Below are positions 45,460 through 54,276 of a DNA stretch of 64,000 nucleotides, piece by piece. This DNA is from an uncultured candidate division WWE3 bacterium (GTDB taxonomy: Bacteria; Patescibacteriota; WWE3; UBA101185; UBA10185), in NCBI GenBank assembly GCA_903879985.1, contig CAIRNR010000004.1, forward strand, positions 32,762 through 96,761, read 5' to 3'. Below the pieces are notes generated by a model, which worked only from the letters and a program-made list of their open reading frames with translations, was not told where the DNA came from and made no database searches. The translations under genes and the position numbers were made by a program. The first letter of the stretch is position 1, and the number at the start of each line of letters is the position of its first letter.

Positions 45460-47496
45460 TTATTTTATATTGTACCAACCGTTTTGGAAGCTATCGGCCG
45501 AAACAGGAACGCTATACTCTCCGCTTTTGCAGTGATTTATTGGTTTAATTTTTATATTCTGCCAACTTGCAACGTTTGGCAAAAATTCATGACCGTCATT
45601 ACTCATATTTGAAATATTCCATGGATAATTTCCGGTGCCATCATCTATTTTTACAGAAATTTTATCGGCACCATATTGAGTCCAAATTAAGTTCATGCCC
45701 GATACACCGTTTACTGTTGCCGGTTCTAATTTAATCCAAGTCGTTTTTCCTGGTTTACTCCATAGGCAGCGTGTATCTTTTTTAAATGTTTTAAAGCTTG
45801 CAGCTGCTGACTGTGTTTCTGAATAACTAAATTCTTGTACGCGACTTCGTGCGTTATCAGTAACAAAAACGTTTTCATCCTTATCTACAACTATTCCGTA
45901 AGGTTTATAAAATTGGCCAAGATCTATACCTGGAGTGCCATAGATTTGCCACGTATTACCGTTATACATTTGTATACGACTATTAAAATCGTCAGCGACA
46001 TATAAATTCCCGAGTGAATCAAAAGCAATATCTGAAGCGCCTTCAAATTGTCCTGGATCAGAACCTTCTCCTTGGGCAACAACGTTCCAAGTTGTACTAC
46101 CCACGGGTAAAACGCTAATACTACTGTCTCCAGAAGAAACAACGTAAACATCACCATTTTCAGCTATAGCAATGCCCACAGGATTATCAAATGTTGTGTC
46201 TGTTCCTAATTCAGTCCATGTATCGTTTATATATTCATAAACTTTTCCGAAATCTGTATCCGTAACATAGACATTGTCGTTTTTATCAACAGCTATTCCC
46301 ATTGGAGTATCTAATACCTCGTTAGAATTTTGAAAAATGGACCAGTCTTCCCCATTGTAAGTCATTACGTTTCTGTTTTCCGGATTTGTAACATAAATAA
46401 CTCCGTGAGAATCTACCGCAATACCATAAGGCATAAAATCTTCTCTGTCCTCAGTTGTAGAAATAGTTGACCAGTTTGTGCCATCGAACACTTGTATTTG
46501 GTTATTAGTTGAATCAGACACATAAATATGACCATTTTTATCAGTGGCTATTTTGGTTGGGTTATCAAACTTTCCTGCTCCAGTGTAACCACCATATGTT
46601 GTTAGCTCATCTTCAAAAATATCGTATTTGATTATAGAATGTGCTCCTGTGTCTGCTACAAATATATTGTTACCATCTGGAGTTACGGCTATTCCGTAGT
46701 TGTAGTCAAAACTACCTGACAAAACTTCTGACCAATTTTCGCCATCAAATCTTACAATTCGGCCATTAGATGTATCAGATACATATACTTCTCTGTTGTT
46801 ATCTACGGCTATTCCTGAAGGGTATGATAGTGCTCCGATTCCGCTACTAGCACTATCGAATGCGTGCCAATCGTTACCATCATACATTTGGAATCTTTGG
46901 TTCATTGTGTCTATTACGTAAAGTTTATCTAGTGGATCAATAGCAATTTGACGAGGACTGTTAAATTGTCCAACACCCGCTCCGGAAGTGCCTATTATTG
47001 TCCAGGTCTCTCCATCAAACTTTTGTATACGATTATTCCCTTGATCTGATACATAAATATTTCCTTGTGAGTCAGTTACAACGCCATAAGGTTGGTTAAA
47101 CTCTCCTAGCCCACTTCCACCACTTCCAATTATTACCCAAGTTTCACTTGTAGCATCGTATTTTTGAATTTGATTGTTATAGGTATCTGCTACGTAAACA
47201 TTGTCATTTGTGTCAACGAATACTCCAAACGGAGTGTTCATATTTTGTTGATCTGAATTAGCAAAAATTGTCCACGCGGAGTTTTCATATCTTATTATTC
47301 TGTTATTTCCGGAGTCAGCTGCATACATATTTCCATGGCTATCTAATGCTACAGAACGTGGTTGGCTAAAAAGAATTTCGGGCCAGGCTTTAATTGTTGA
47401 AGGGTGGGTAAAGTCAATTGCAGCGTAAGTCTTTGCGTTAAAAAAAACGCAACTACATGCTACAAACACTAGCAGTTTAAGATAAAAAGGTTTCAT
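45460..47496 (-). CDS. Secreted NHL-repeat double beta-propeller with shared two-Cys C-terminal domain
   Basis: Signal peptide, about 12 F..P.GIAVD..G.IYV.D..N.RIQ repeats, TFKKDTRCL...INHCKSG. Confidence 0.88.
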   Translation of the reverse strand: MKPFYLKLLVFVACSCVFFNAKTYAAIDFTHPSTIKAWPEILFSQPRSVALDSHGNMYAADSGNNRIIRYENSAWTIFANSDQQNMNTPFGVFVDTNDNVYVADTYNNQIQKYDATSETWVIIGSGGSGLGEFNQPYGVVTDSQGNIYVSDQGNNRIQKFDGETWTIIGTSGAGVGQFNSPRQIAIDPLDKLYVIDTMNQRFQMYDGNDWHAFDSASSGIGALSYPSGIAVDNNREVYVSDTSNGRIVRFDGENWSEVLSGSFDYNYGIAVTPDGNNIFVADTGAHSIIKYDIFEDELTTYGGYTGAGKFDNPTKIATDKNGHIYVSDSTNNQIQVFDGTNWSTISTTEDREDFMPYGIAVDSHGVIYVTNPENRNVMTYNGEDWSIFQNSNEVLDTPMGIAVDKNDNVYVTDTDFGKVYEYINDTWTELGTDTTFDNPVGIAIAENGDVYVVSSGDSSISVLPVGSTTWNVVAQGEGSDPGQFEGASDIAFDSLGNLYVADDFNSRIQMYNGNTWQIYGTPGIDLGQFYKPYGIVVDKDENVFVTDNARSRVQEFSYSETQSAAASFKTFKKDTRCLWSKPGKTTWIKLEPATVNGVSGMNLIWTQYGADKISVKIDDGTGNYPWNISNMSNDGHEFLPNVASWQNIKIKPINHCKSGEYSVPVSADSFQNGWYNIK

Positions 47497-47563
47497 GGGC
47501 TACCTATAATCATAATACTTGTTAATATATTTGAGCAATAACTTTAAATTAGCTGATTATTTA

Positions 47564-47830
47564 CTATTTAGACCAGCGTTTTAATTTTGGTAAGTTATCA
47601 GTGGCCATGTTGCGAGCTTCTTCCTCGGACATGCCCATTTGTGTAGCCATTCCTGCCTGTTTATTGATCATCTCTTCTAAAGTTCCGTTCCATGTGAATT
47701 CGCCATCTTGAAAACAATATGTACAGTATTCATCGTTTTGCGATCCGTCCTTGTTTGTTCCAAAATCTTCTGTTGCCATCATTGGCATTCCGCAACTTTG
47801 ACAAACTACTACTTCATTAGTGCTATCCAT
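47564..47830 (-). CDS. Putative zinc-ribbon domain protein
   Basis: CQSCGMPM...GTNKDGS...EYC.YC.QDG, LP.LKRW. Confidence 0.88.
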   Translation of the reverse strand: MDSTNEVVVCQSCGMPMMATEDFGTNKDGSQNDEYCTYCFQDGEFTWNGTLEEMINKQAGMATQMGMSEEEARNMATDNLPKLKRWSK

Positions 47831-47879
47831 ATTTTTTGCCTTTCAATTAAATAACATAGAATTAAGACAATTATAAATA

Positions 47880-47921
47880 AAAAAATGCACCCGATAAATG
47901 ATTAGTTCATCGAGTGCAAAA
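47880..47921 (-). terminator. Intrinsic terminator
   Basis: TGCACCCGAT...ATCGAGTGCA with T run on minus strand. Confidence 0.6.
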
Positions 47922-47956
47922 TAGTAGGCACAAACTGTGCTTGTTTAGCGGGTCAG

Positions 47957-48193
47957 TCAGGTTGGGTCAAATCCGTCGACATTTGTTCCGGCAGGTGACC
48001 ATTGTGTTATCTTTCCATCAGGTTCTACCGTGTGTCCTCCGCCAACATAATTGCCTTCAGCATCTGTATCCCATGATATGCGTGTACCTGGGCGATACAA
48101 TGTGTGGTGCGCACCATCTGGCCTATGTGACTCACCCATTCTGCCTAAATCTCCTTCATCGTAAGGATTATTTGTAGCTGTGGGTCCGCCCAT
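47957..48193 (-). CDS. Small Gly/Asp/His-rich hypothetical protein
   Basis: SD AAAGGAGG before ATG 48193. Confidence 0.7.
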   Translation of the reverse strand: MGGPTATNNPYDEGDLGRMGESHRPDGAHHTLYRPGTRISWDTDAEGNYVGGGHTVEPDGKITQWSPAGTNVDGFDPT

Positions 48194-48248
48194 ATTTACC
48201 TCCTTTATTAGTAGATTAAGGTAATAATATTCTCTAACCAATGGCTGA

Positions 48249-48785
48249 TCAATCTCCCAGGCCGGCGGATACAAACTGGCGGGTATTTTCTGCGCCATTT
48301 CCTGCTTGTACAAACTTGCCTTGATTAAAATCGTAGGCTGAGTTCACCGAACCGCTGGAATTTTTGAGCACAAATCTTGTTAAGTAGCCATCGGCTGTTA
48401 AGGTAATGGTACCGGTACCTTGATCATTTCCTCCATTATCCCAGTGTGTGGTTACAGTGTGCACGCCGTTTTGATTCACGACCTCGTACCAGTATTTGCC
48501 GCCGGAAGTGGTTTTGTAATCGAATCTGGTTGAACCTTCAACAAACTTAAGTGCTTTGTCCCAGATACCCTTCATATAGTACGGAAGGATCGTGAACGCC
48601 AGGTAACCATTCATCATTACGGCCACATACTTGCCGCGGGCTTTGGCCATATGGTCAATCACCCATTGGTTAAGCTGTTCCTTGGAATACTTTTTGAAGT
48701 CTTCTTTTTCACCGAGGGTTGGTTCTCTACCATACACAGACTTAAACAGGTCAGAGAAAGAAATGTAACACCACCAAGCAGACAT
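48249..48785 (-). CDS. Hypothetical protein
   Basis: SD AAAGGAG, TTGCAA/TAGTAT promoter. Confidence 0.7.
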   Translation of the reverse strand: MSAWWCYISFSDLFKSVYGREPTLGEKEDFKKYSKEQLNQWVIDHMAKARGKYVAVMMNGYLAFTILPYYMKGIWDKALKFVEGSTRFDYKTTSGGKYWYEVVNQNGVHTVTTHWDNGGNDQGTGTITLTADGYLTRFVLKNSSGSVNSAYDFNQGKFVQAGNGAENTRQFVSAGLGD

Positions 48786-48902
48786 AATATTCTCCTTTCG
48801 ATAGGTTCCCTCTTGGTGTGAGGGTTATAAGATTGCACGAATACTACATCCGACAAAAGTATTTTGCAAACAGCCTGTTTTTCGCATGCTATAATTACGC
48901 AA

Positions 48903-49634
48903 GTGCTTACGCCAAACACCAACAAAAAAAGATATATATTAAAAGTAAGTGGCGAGCTATTTTCCTCTAAAGACAAAAACATAGACTTTGAAAAATACGA
49001 TGAGTTTTCTAAACAGCTTATACAAATGGTTGATAAAACTGGTATTCAGTTAGCCTTGGTTGTTGGTGGTGGAAATATTTTTCGCGGTCGAGAACGAAAT
49101 CAAAATGTAGATTCTGCTGAAGCTGATTCAATTGGAATGCTTGCTACGGTTATAAACGGGATCGCCCTCCGAGAAGCATTTGTTCGTAATGGTGCCACTG
49201 AAACCAGATTAATGACTGCTTTTCACTTACCTGAATTTGCTGAACCTTATATTCGTTTAAAAGGGAAATCTCATTTAGATAGACATAGAATAGTAATATT
49301 AGCCGGTGGTTTAGGTAAACCAAATTTTTCAACCGACTCTGCTGTTGCTCAATACGCTGGAGAGCTTGATTGTAGTATGGTTTTAAAAGCAAGTACTATT
49401 GATGGTGTTTACGACAAAGATCCTAAGAAAAGTAATGACGCGGTTAAATACACTAAGTTAACTTTTCAAGAGGCATTGGAAAAGAGGTTAAAGGTTATGG
49501 ATACTACGGCTTTTGCGATGTGTATGAATTCGGAAATTCCAATCTTTGTTTTTGACGGTAAGGACCTTAATAGGTTGCCAGATATTGTTAATGGCGACTT
49601 TAGTTTCGGCAGTTTAGTTTGCCCTATAGTATAG
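48903..49634 (+). CDS. pyrH: UMP kinase
   Basis: LKVSGE, VVGGGNIFRG, AD.IGMLAT..N, G.P.FSTD, DGVYD.DP, VMD.TAF; leaderless GTG after TATAAT. Confidence 0.96.
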   Translation: MLTPNTNKKRYILKVSGELFSSKDKNIDFEKYDEFSKQLIQMVDKTGIQLALVVGGGNIFRGRERNQNVDSAEADSIGMLATVINGIALREAFVRNGATETRLMTAFHLPEFAEPYIRLKGKSHLDRHRIVILAGGLGKPNFSTDSAVAQYAGELDCSMVLKASTIDGVYDKDPKKSNDAVKYTKLTFQEALEKRLKVMDTTAFAMCMNSEIPIFVFDGKDLNRLPDIVNGDFSFGSLVCPIV

Positions 49635-49660
49635 ACTTTTTACCCATTTTCTGTTAAAAT
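49623..49660 (+). promoter_or_regulatory. Promoter with upstream CCTATAGT element
   Basis: CCTATAGT-a-TAGACT-17bp-TAAAAT (TGn extended). Confidence 0.55.
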
Positions 49661-49704
49661 CCTCGCAATATCTTAAACTATCTGAAATGGAAAAGGAGTC
49701 AACT

Positions 49705-49995
49705 ATGGCTGAACCTCGTAAGTCTTTGAGCACTAAGATCATTGAAAAGTTTCCACTTATTGGAAGCGTCTTAGTCATCTTAGTTGTTATGCTGACGTGT
49801 GCAACTACCCCGTACTACACGCTATTAAAGTACATACTCTGCATTATTGTTATCGCGCTGTATGGGGCACATGCATTAAGCAGGGCCGAGAACAAAAAAT
49901 ACGCCTTTGGTGATGTTCCGATTAACTTCGTTATCATCTTGCTTGTTCTCGTGTATATGGTCGGCCTGGTTGTTACCGGTATGTTTTTTAAGTAA
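49705..49995 (+). CDS. Hypothetical 3-TM protein
   Basis: SD AAAAGGAG before ATG 49705. Confidence 0.7.
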   Translation: MAEPRKSLSTKIIEKFPLIGSVLVILVVMLTCATTPYYTLLKYILCIIVIALYGAHALSRAENKKYAFGDVPINFVIILLVLVYMVGLVVTGMFFK

Positions 49996-50002
49996 AATGG
50001 GA

Positions 50003-50045
50003 AAGCGTCTTTATATCCTCATGGAGTATAAGGACGCTATTTTTT
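50003..50045 (+). terminator. Intrinsic terminator
   Basis: AGCGTCTTTATA...TATAAGGACGCT then T run. Confidence 0.75.
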
Positions 50046-50055
50046 GCCCGATTCT

Positions 50056-50235
50056 CTAATATGCTTGTCCTGGTGGTAATAAAGGAGCGTTTCGGTACAT
50101 ACATGAATTACTAAGTTTTCCAGGCAGGCACTGTCCGCCGGAAGTGTACTTATATAGGAATATCCCGATTGCAACCAGCAAAGCTGTTATTACGCAGAAA
50201 AGTATTATCAACCTAGTTTTTTTAGTGAATTTCAT
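50056..50235 (-). CDS. Small membrane-anchored peptide with Cys pair (59 aa, absent from ORF track)
   Basis: MKFTKKTRLIILFCVITALLVAIGIFLYKYTSGGQCLPGKLSNSCMYRNAPLLPPGQAY; TTGACT/CATAAT upstream. Confidence 0.65.
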   Translation of the reverse strand: MKFTKKTRLIILFCVITALLVAIGIFLYKYTSGGQCLPGKLSNSCMYRNAPLLPPGQAY

Positions 50236-50270
50236 TAATAAATTATGATACTTTGAGTTTTAGAGTCAAC

Positions 50271-50309
50271 AAAAAAGGGTATCAATGCTTTGTTTGCAAA
50301 TGATACCCT
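50271..50309 (-). terminator. Intrinsic terminator
   Basis: AGGGTATCA...TGATACCCT with T run on minus strand. Confidence 0.7.
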
Positions 50310-50327
50310 ATGTTTTACGTTACATAT

Positions 50328-50834
50328 TTATCCTATTCCTAGTCTAGTGAGAAGGTGTGCTTTGACCATTTCAATATTGTCTTTAGGCACACCCATACGT
50401 AGTAGAACGTTCGTTAAATAATCCCGAAGTTCTACCCGATCATCGCATAGTATTGCGACACTTTCACCATCGTCGCGTTCTTCCGAGGCGTAATCCACGA
50501 CAGGCTCATGTTTTTTCATGATAAGTATTCGACCACCATTTGTCGTAGAAATTGCCTCGATGTGCTTCCAGGAATACGGTAGGTACATCGAAACTTCTAC
50601 TCGGGCACATGGTTGCTTTGCGCGTTCTTTTTCACCAAAAAACGATGGTTCCTGTGCAGCAGCAATAATTCTTCCGCCAAATACATCATAAGAAATATTT
50701 CCGCTATTTTGGAAATAATCAAATTTAACAAAGCGGAAGATCTTTAACGTACCGTACTGACCTTCTTTAAGCCGCGATGCCACAAAGAATCCGTGGTTGT
50801 ATGTCTTACCCGGGTTATTAAACAGATTATTCAT
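50328..50834 (-). CDS. Hypothetical protein
   Basis: 168-aa ORF coupled to upstream gene. Confidence 0.65.
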   Translation of the reverse strand: MNNLFNNPGKTYNHGFFVASRLKEGQYGTLKIFRFVKFDYFQNSGNISYDVFGGRIIAAAQEPSFFGEKERAKQPCARVEVSMYLPYSWKHIEAISTTNGGRILIMKKHEPVVDYASEERDDGESVAILCDDRVELRDYLTNVLLRMGVPKDNIEMVKAHLLTRLGIG

Positions 50835-50835
50835 G

Positions 50836-51066
50836 TTAAAATCCCAGGCTAGATCCGTCTAAAACCAGTGTTTGTGGCCTGTTAGCGTTGTTTTCGATGT
50901 TTTTGATTCGAAGTTGTCCCATAATACTGTTGGGGCTAACCGTTTGGCCTGGTTTAGGTTCCACAAGTAAATCTATTTCGCCGGTGGAAACAGCCATTAG
51001 GGTATGTCTTCTTTCTCTTCCCATTCTACGGGAGTCCGGTAAATCAACACGATAAAAATATTTCAT
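50836..51066 (-). CDS. Hypothetical protein
   Basis: SD AAAGGAG before ATG 51066. Confidence 0.65.
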   Translation of the reverse strand: MKYFYRVDLPDSRRMGRERRHTLMAVSTGEIDLLVEPKPGQTVSPNSIMGQLRIKNIENNANRPQTLVLDGSSLGF

Positions 51067-51106
51067 TCTCACTCCTTTAACATCTATATTTGGATTAATT
51101 AGCCGT

Positions 51107-51144
51107 AGTTTAGGCTAAAATATCGAAAAAGTCAAAGCTATAGG
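51107..51144 (-). promoter_or_regulatory. Promoter with upstream CCTATAGC element
   Basis: CCTATAGC-t-TTGACT-17bp-TAAACT. Confidence 0.6.
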
Positions 51145-51169
51145 ATACGTAATCGCCGTAGGCGCTAAG

Positions 51170-52540
51170 TTACTTTTCTATCGCAACAATCTTTATTTGA
51201 GTAACATCGTGAAAGCCGAATTTTCCGTGTTCCCTACCCATACCGGACTTTTTGTAACCACCAAAAGGATTTGATTCTTTACAATACCCTAAATTATTTT
51301 GGCTCACCATTCCTGTATTAATTTGTAAGGCTACCCTTTCAAATTTTGCTTTGTCTTGTGTAAAAACGTAACCGCCAAGTCCATACATTGTGTCATTTGC
51401 CAAAGCTATGGCTTCTTCTTCGGTTTCAAAACTGACCACGGGCAAAACCGGCCCAAATACTTCTTCCTGCCAAACCTGCATATCTTTTGTGACGCCTGTT
51501 AATAATGTGGGAAGATAGAAAGCACCGTTTAAACCTTCGGGCCTTATACCGCCAACTAATATTTTTGCACCCTTTGAAACTGCGTCTGCAACTTGTGCTT
51601 CTAGTGCGATTACTTGTCGTTCAGCAACGAGCGGTCCCATATTATTAATTTCATCTGTAGCAATTCCTACTTTTTTCTCAGCTATCTTTTCTAATAACAG
51701 TTTAATAGTTTCATCGAACCTAGATTTATGAACAATTAATCTTTTTAAACCATCACAAATCTGACCGCAGTTTAAGAATCTATTTAAAATAATTGTGTCG
51801 ATAACGGCCGGAATGTCGGCATCCTCGAAAATAATTCCCGGAGCTGAACCGCCCATTTCTAATAGCACTGGTATAAATTTTTCGGCTGCTACTTTATATA
51901 GCTGCTGACCAATTTTAGTGCTACCTGTAAAGCAAATCATGTCTACATTTTGGTGAGCTAATACATCTCCTACAATTCCGTCGCCGTATACAATACTTAA
52001 TACACACTCTGGTAAACCTGATTCCGTGGTAATTTCTTCGAGCATTTTGGAAAACAAAGGAACTTCTTCTGATGTTTTTAAAACGATAACATTACCGGCA
52101 ACTAAATTTTGTCCGCACTGCCACACAAAATTGGACATTGGAAAGTTCCAAGCAATTATGACTGCGACTACACCACGGGGTTCGTAGTAAACAACGTTTT
52201 TTTCGTTGTCGTCTTCATATGTAACCTCTGGTGATAAGGATTCGTTTGCGTGAGCACTGTACCAACGTAAATATTTAATTCCACCTGCTACATCTTCTTT
52301 GGCTTCGTTAATGGGCATTCCCATTTCTTTTGATTGTAGTAAAGCTAGTTCGTCGGCATGTTGTTCAATAGTGTCATAAAATTTTAAAAGATATTTGTTA
52401 CGCCCTTCTATACCCAAGTTTTTCCAGTTTTCTTTTGCTTTGTGCGCTTTTTCAACTATGTTTTGAATTTCTTCGGCGGTGGTTATTTCAACTTCGCCAA
52501 TTACTGAATTGTCTGATGGGTTTATTGATGTTAGTTTCAT
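51170..52540 (-). CDS. NAD(P)-dependent aldehyde dehydrogenase
   Basis: WNFP, FTGST, LEMGG, GQIC, EEVFGP, PFGGYKKSGMGRE. Confidence 0.95.
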   Translation of the reverse strand: MKLTSINPSDNSVIGEVEITTAEEIQNIVEKAHKAKENWKNLGIEGRNKYLLKFYDTIEQHADELALLQSKEMGMPINEAKEDVAGGIKYLRWYSAHANESLSPEVTYEDDNEKNVVYYEPRGVVAVIIAWNFPMSNFVWQCGQNLVAGNVIVLKTSEEVPLFSKMLEEITTESGLPECVLSIVYGDGIVGDVLAHQNVDMICFTGSTKIGQQLYKVAAEKFIPVLLEMGGSAPGIIFEDADIPAVIDTIILNRFLNCGQICDGLKRLIVHKSRFDETIKLLLEKIAEKKVGIATDEINNMGPLVAERQVIALEAQVADAVSKGAKILVGGIRPEGLNGAFYLPTLLTGVTKDMQVWQEEVFGPVLPVVSFETEEEAIALANDTMYGLGGYVFTQDKAKFERVALQINTGMVSQNNLGYCKESNPFGGYKKSGMGREHGKFGFHDVTQIKIVAIEK

Positions 52541-52632
52541 ACTGGAATTATACAGCAGTTATTCTATAAGGACTCCCTTTAGCGGTCACCATCTCCCACA
52601 CACCAACAAATACCTGTATAATGCTTAGTGCA

Positions 52633-54267
52633 ATGCCTACTGAAGAAGTATTAATACAACTAAATAACGCCTCTTTTAGATACGGTGCTGAAGAATTTCT
52701 TTTTAAAGACGTTAAGCTAACCGTTAAAAAAGGTGACCGTACAGCCATTGTTGGCATTAACGGCAGTGGTAAGAGCACGCTCTTAAAGCTCTTAACAGGA
52801 CAGCTTCCTATAGAAGAAGGCGAAATTTCAATTAACTGCAAGCCTTACTACGTTCCTCAAATAGACCTATCTGTTAACCAAGAAAACTTGACTGTGTATG
52901 AATATATCGAAAAGTATTATACCGAATGGTGGGAAATTCCAAGTGAAGTTGAACGACTATTTGGCCTAACAATTAATACTGACGCTTTAGCAAAAACTTT
53001 AAGCGGTGGCGAACTCATGAAACTAAACTTGGCAATAGCACTAAAACATAACCCGGACGTTTTAATCTTGGACGAACCAACAAACCATTTAGACGTTAAA
53101 GCCATAAAATCTCTTATCGACTTTATACAGGCTCCTGTAAATCAAAAATATACTTTTATTGTAGTTTCACACGACATATTTTTCATTAACACCGTTATAA
53201 ATAAAATTTGGGAATTGGATAAACAAACAATAACAACTTATGGCGGTAATTACGATTTTTATGTTCAGCAAAAAGAATTTCAGGTAAATGGATTAAGAAA
53301 ACAATTTGAAGTCGCTAAAAACCAGTTAGAACGCGCAAAAGAAACCGAACAAAAGGAAATTGAAAAACGTGCCAACAAAGCTAATCAAGCAAAACGTGCA
53401 TTTATAAAAGGAAGTATTGATAAAACTGAATTCAGTGAAGGTAAAAATTCGGCCGGTTCCTCTATGCACACAATTACTGCTGCTATTGAAAAGTTAAAAG
53501 AAGACGCTGCCGAAGATTTGGAATTATTTGAAACCGAAGAACGCAAATTAGCTTTTATGAATATTAAAAACACAAAAGAAAATTTGGGCAGAACAATTTT
53601 CGAGTTAAAAGATAACAAGCTTTTAGTTGACGATAAAGTTTTGTTAACCGAGGTTAATCTGAAAGTTTTATACGGAGACAGAATAGTTTTGGCTGGAGAT
53701 AATGGTACAGGAAAATCCTCACTAATAAAGGCGCTTTTACAAAAAGGCACAGGTTATGCAGGTAGTCCAAACATTAAACTTGAGGGCGAAAACTATGTGG
53801 GCGCTAATATGGCTTGGGTTTATATCGATCAAAACTACAGTTTAATAAAACCAGATTTAGATTTAATCCAAAACCTAATGACTTATAACAACACTTTTAC
53901 CGAAGATATTGCTAAGGAACAATTAGGTAAGTTTAAGTTCAGAACAAAAGCTGAGCACAATAAACTTGGTAAAAATCTTAGTGGTGGTGAAATGGTTCGA
54001 CTTGTTATGGCTATGATCACGTCAAATCCTGTTGATTTGTTAATTATGGACGAACCTACAAATAATTTAGACGTTGCTACTGTGGAAGTTTTGGTTAAAT
54101 CGTTAACTTTTTTCCGAGGTTCATTAATTATTATTTCTCATAATATCGACTTTTTGACTAAGATTAATATTCAAACTGCCTATTTGATAAAAAATAAAAA
54201 GATTAAGCCGTTAAATGTAGCTCCAAGTAATCGCGAGGAATTTTATAAGGCGTTGTTAGCCGCTTAA
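52633..54267 (+). CDS. ABC-F family ATPase
   Basis: Two ABC domains with LDEPTNHLD / MDEPTNNLD, no TM, long helical linker. Confidence 0.92.
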   Translation: MPTEEVLIQLNNASFRYGAEEFLFKDVKLTVKKGDRTAIVGINGSGKSTLLKLLTGQLPIEEGEISINCKPYYVPQIDLSVNQENLTVYEYIEKYYTEWWEIPSEVERLFGLTINTDALAKTLSGGELMKLNLAIALKHNPDVLILDEPTNHLDVKAIKSLIDFIQAPVNQKYTFIVVSHDIFFINTVINKIWELDKQTITTYGGNYDFYVQQKEFQVNGLRKQFEVAKNQLERAKETEQKEIEKRANKANQAKRAFIKGSIDKTEFSEGKNSAGSSMHTITAAIEKLKEDAAEDLELFETEERKLAFMNIKNTKENLGRTIFELKDNKLLVDDKVLLTEVNLKVLYGDRIVLAGDNGTGKSSLIKALLQKGTGYAGSPNIKLEGENYVGANMAWVYIDQNYSLIKPDLDLIQNLMTYNNTFTEDIAKEQLGKFKFRTKAEHNKLGKNLSGGEMVRLVMAMITSNPVDLLIMDEPTNNLDVATVEVLVKSLTFFRGSLIIISHNIDFLTKINIQTAYLIKNKKIKPLNVAPSNREEFYKALLAA

Positions 54268-54276
54268 AGTTCGAAT

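Noticed and set aside
50060-50135. Structured ncRNA (TGCTTGTCCTGG / CCAGGCAGGCA pairing)
   Set aside because: Better explained by a 59-aa minus-strand ORF with promoter and TM segment
7351-50309. Hairpins after ORFans as integron attC sites
   Set aside because: No shared sequence or RYYYAAC/GTTRRRY ends, mixed orientations, T tails, no integrase
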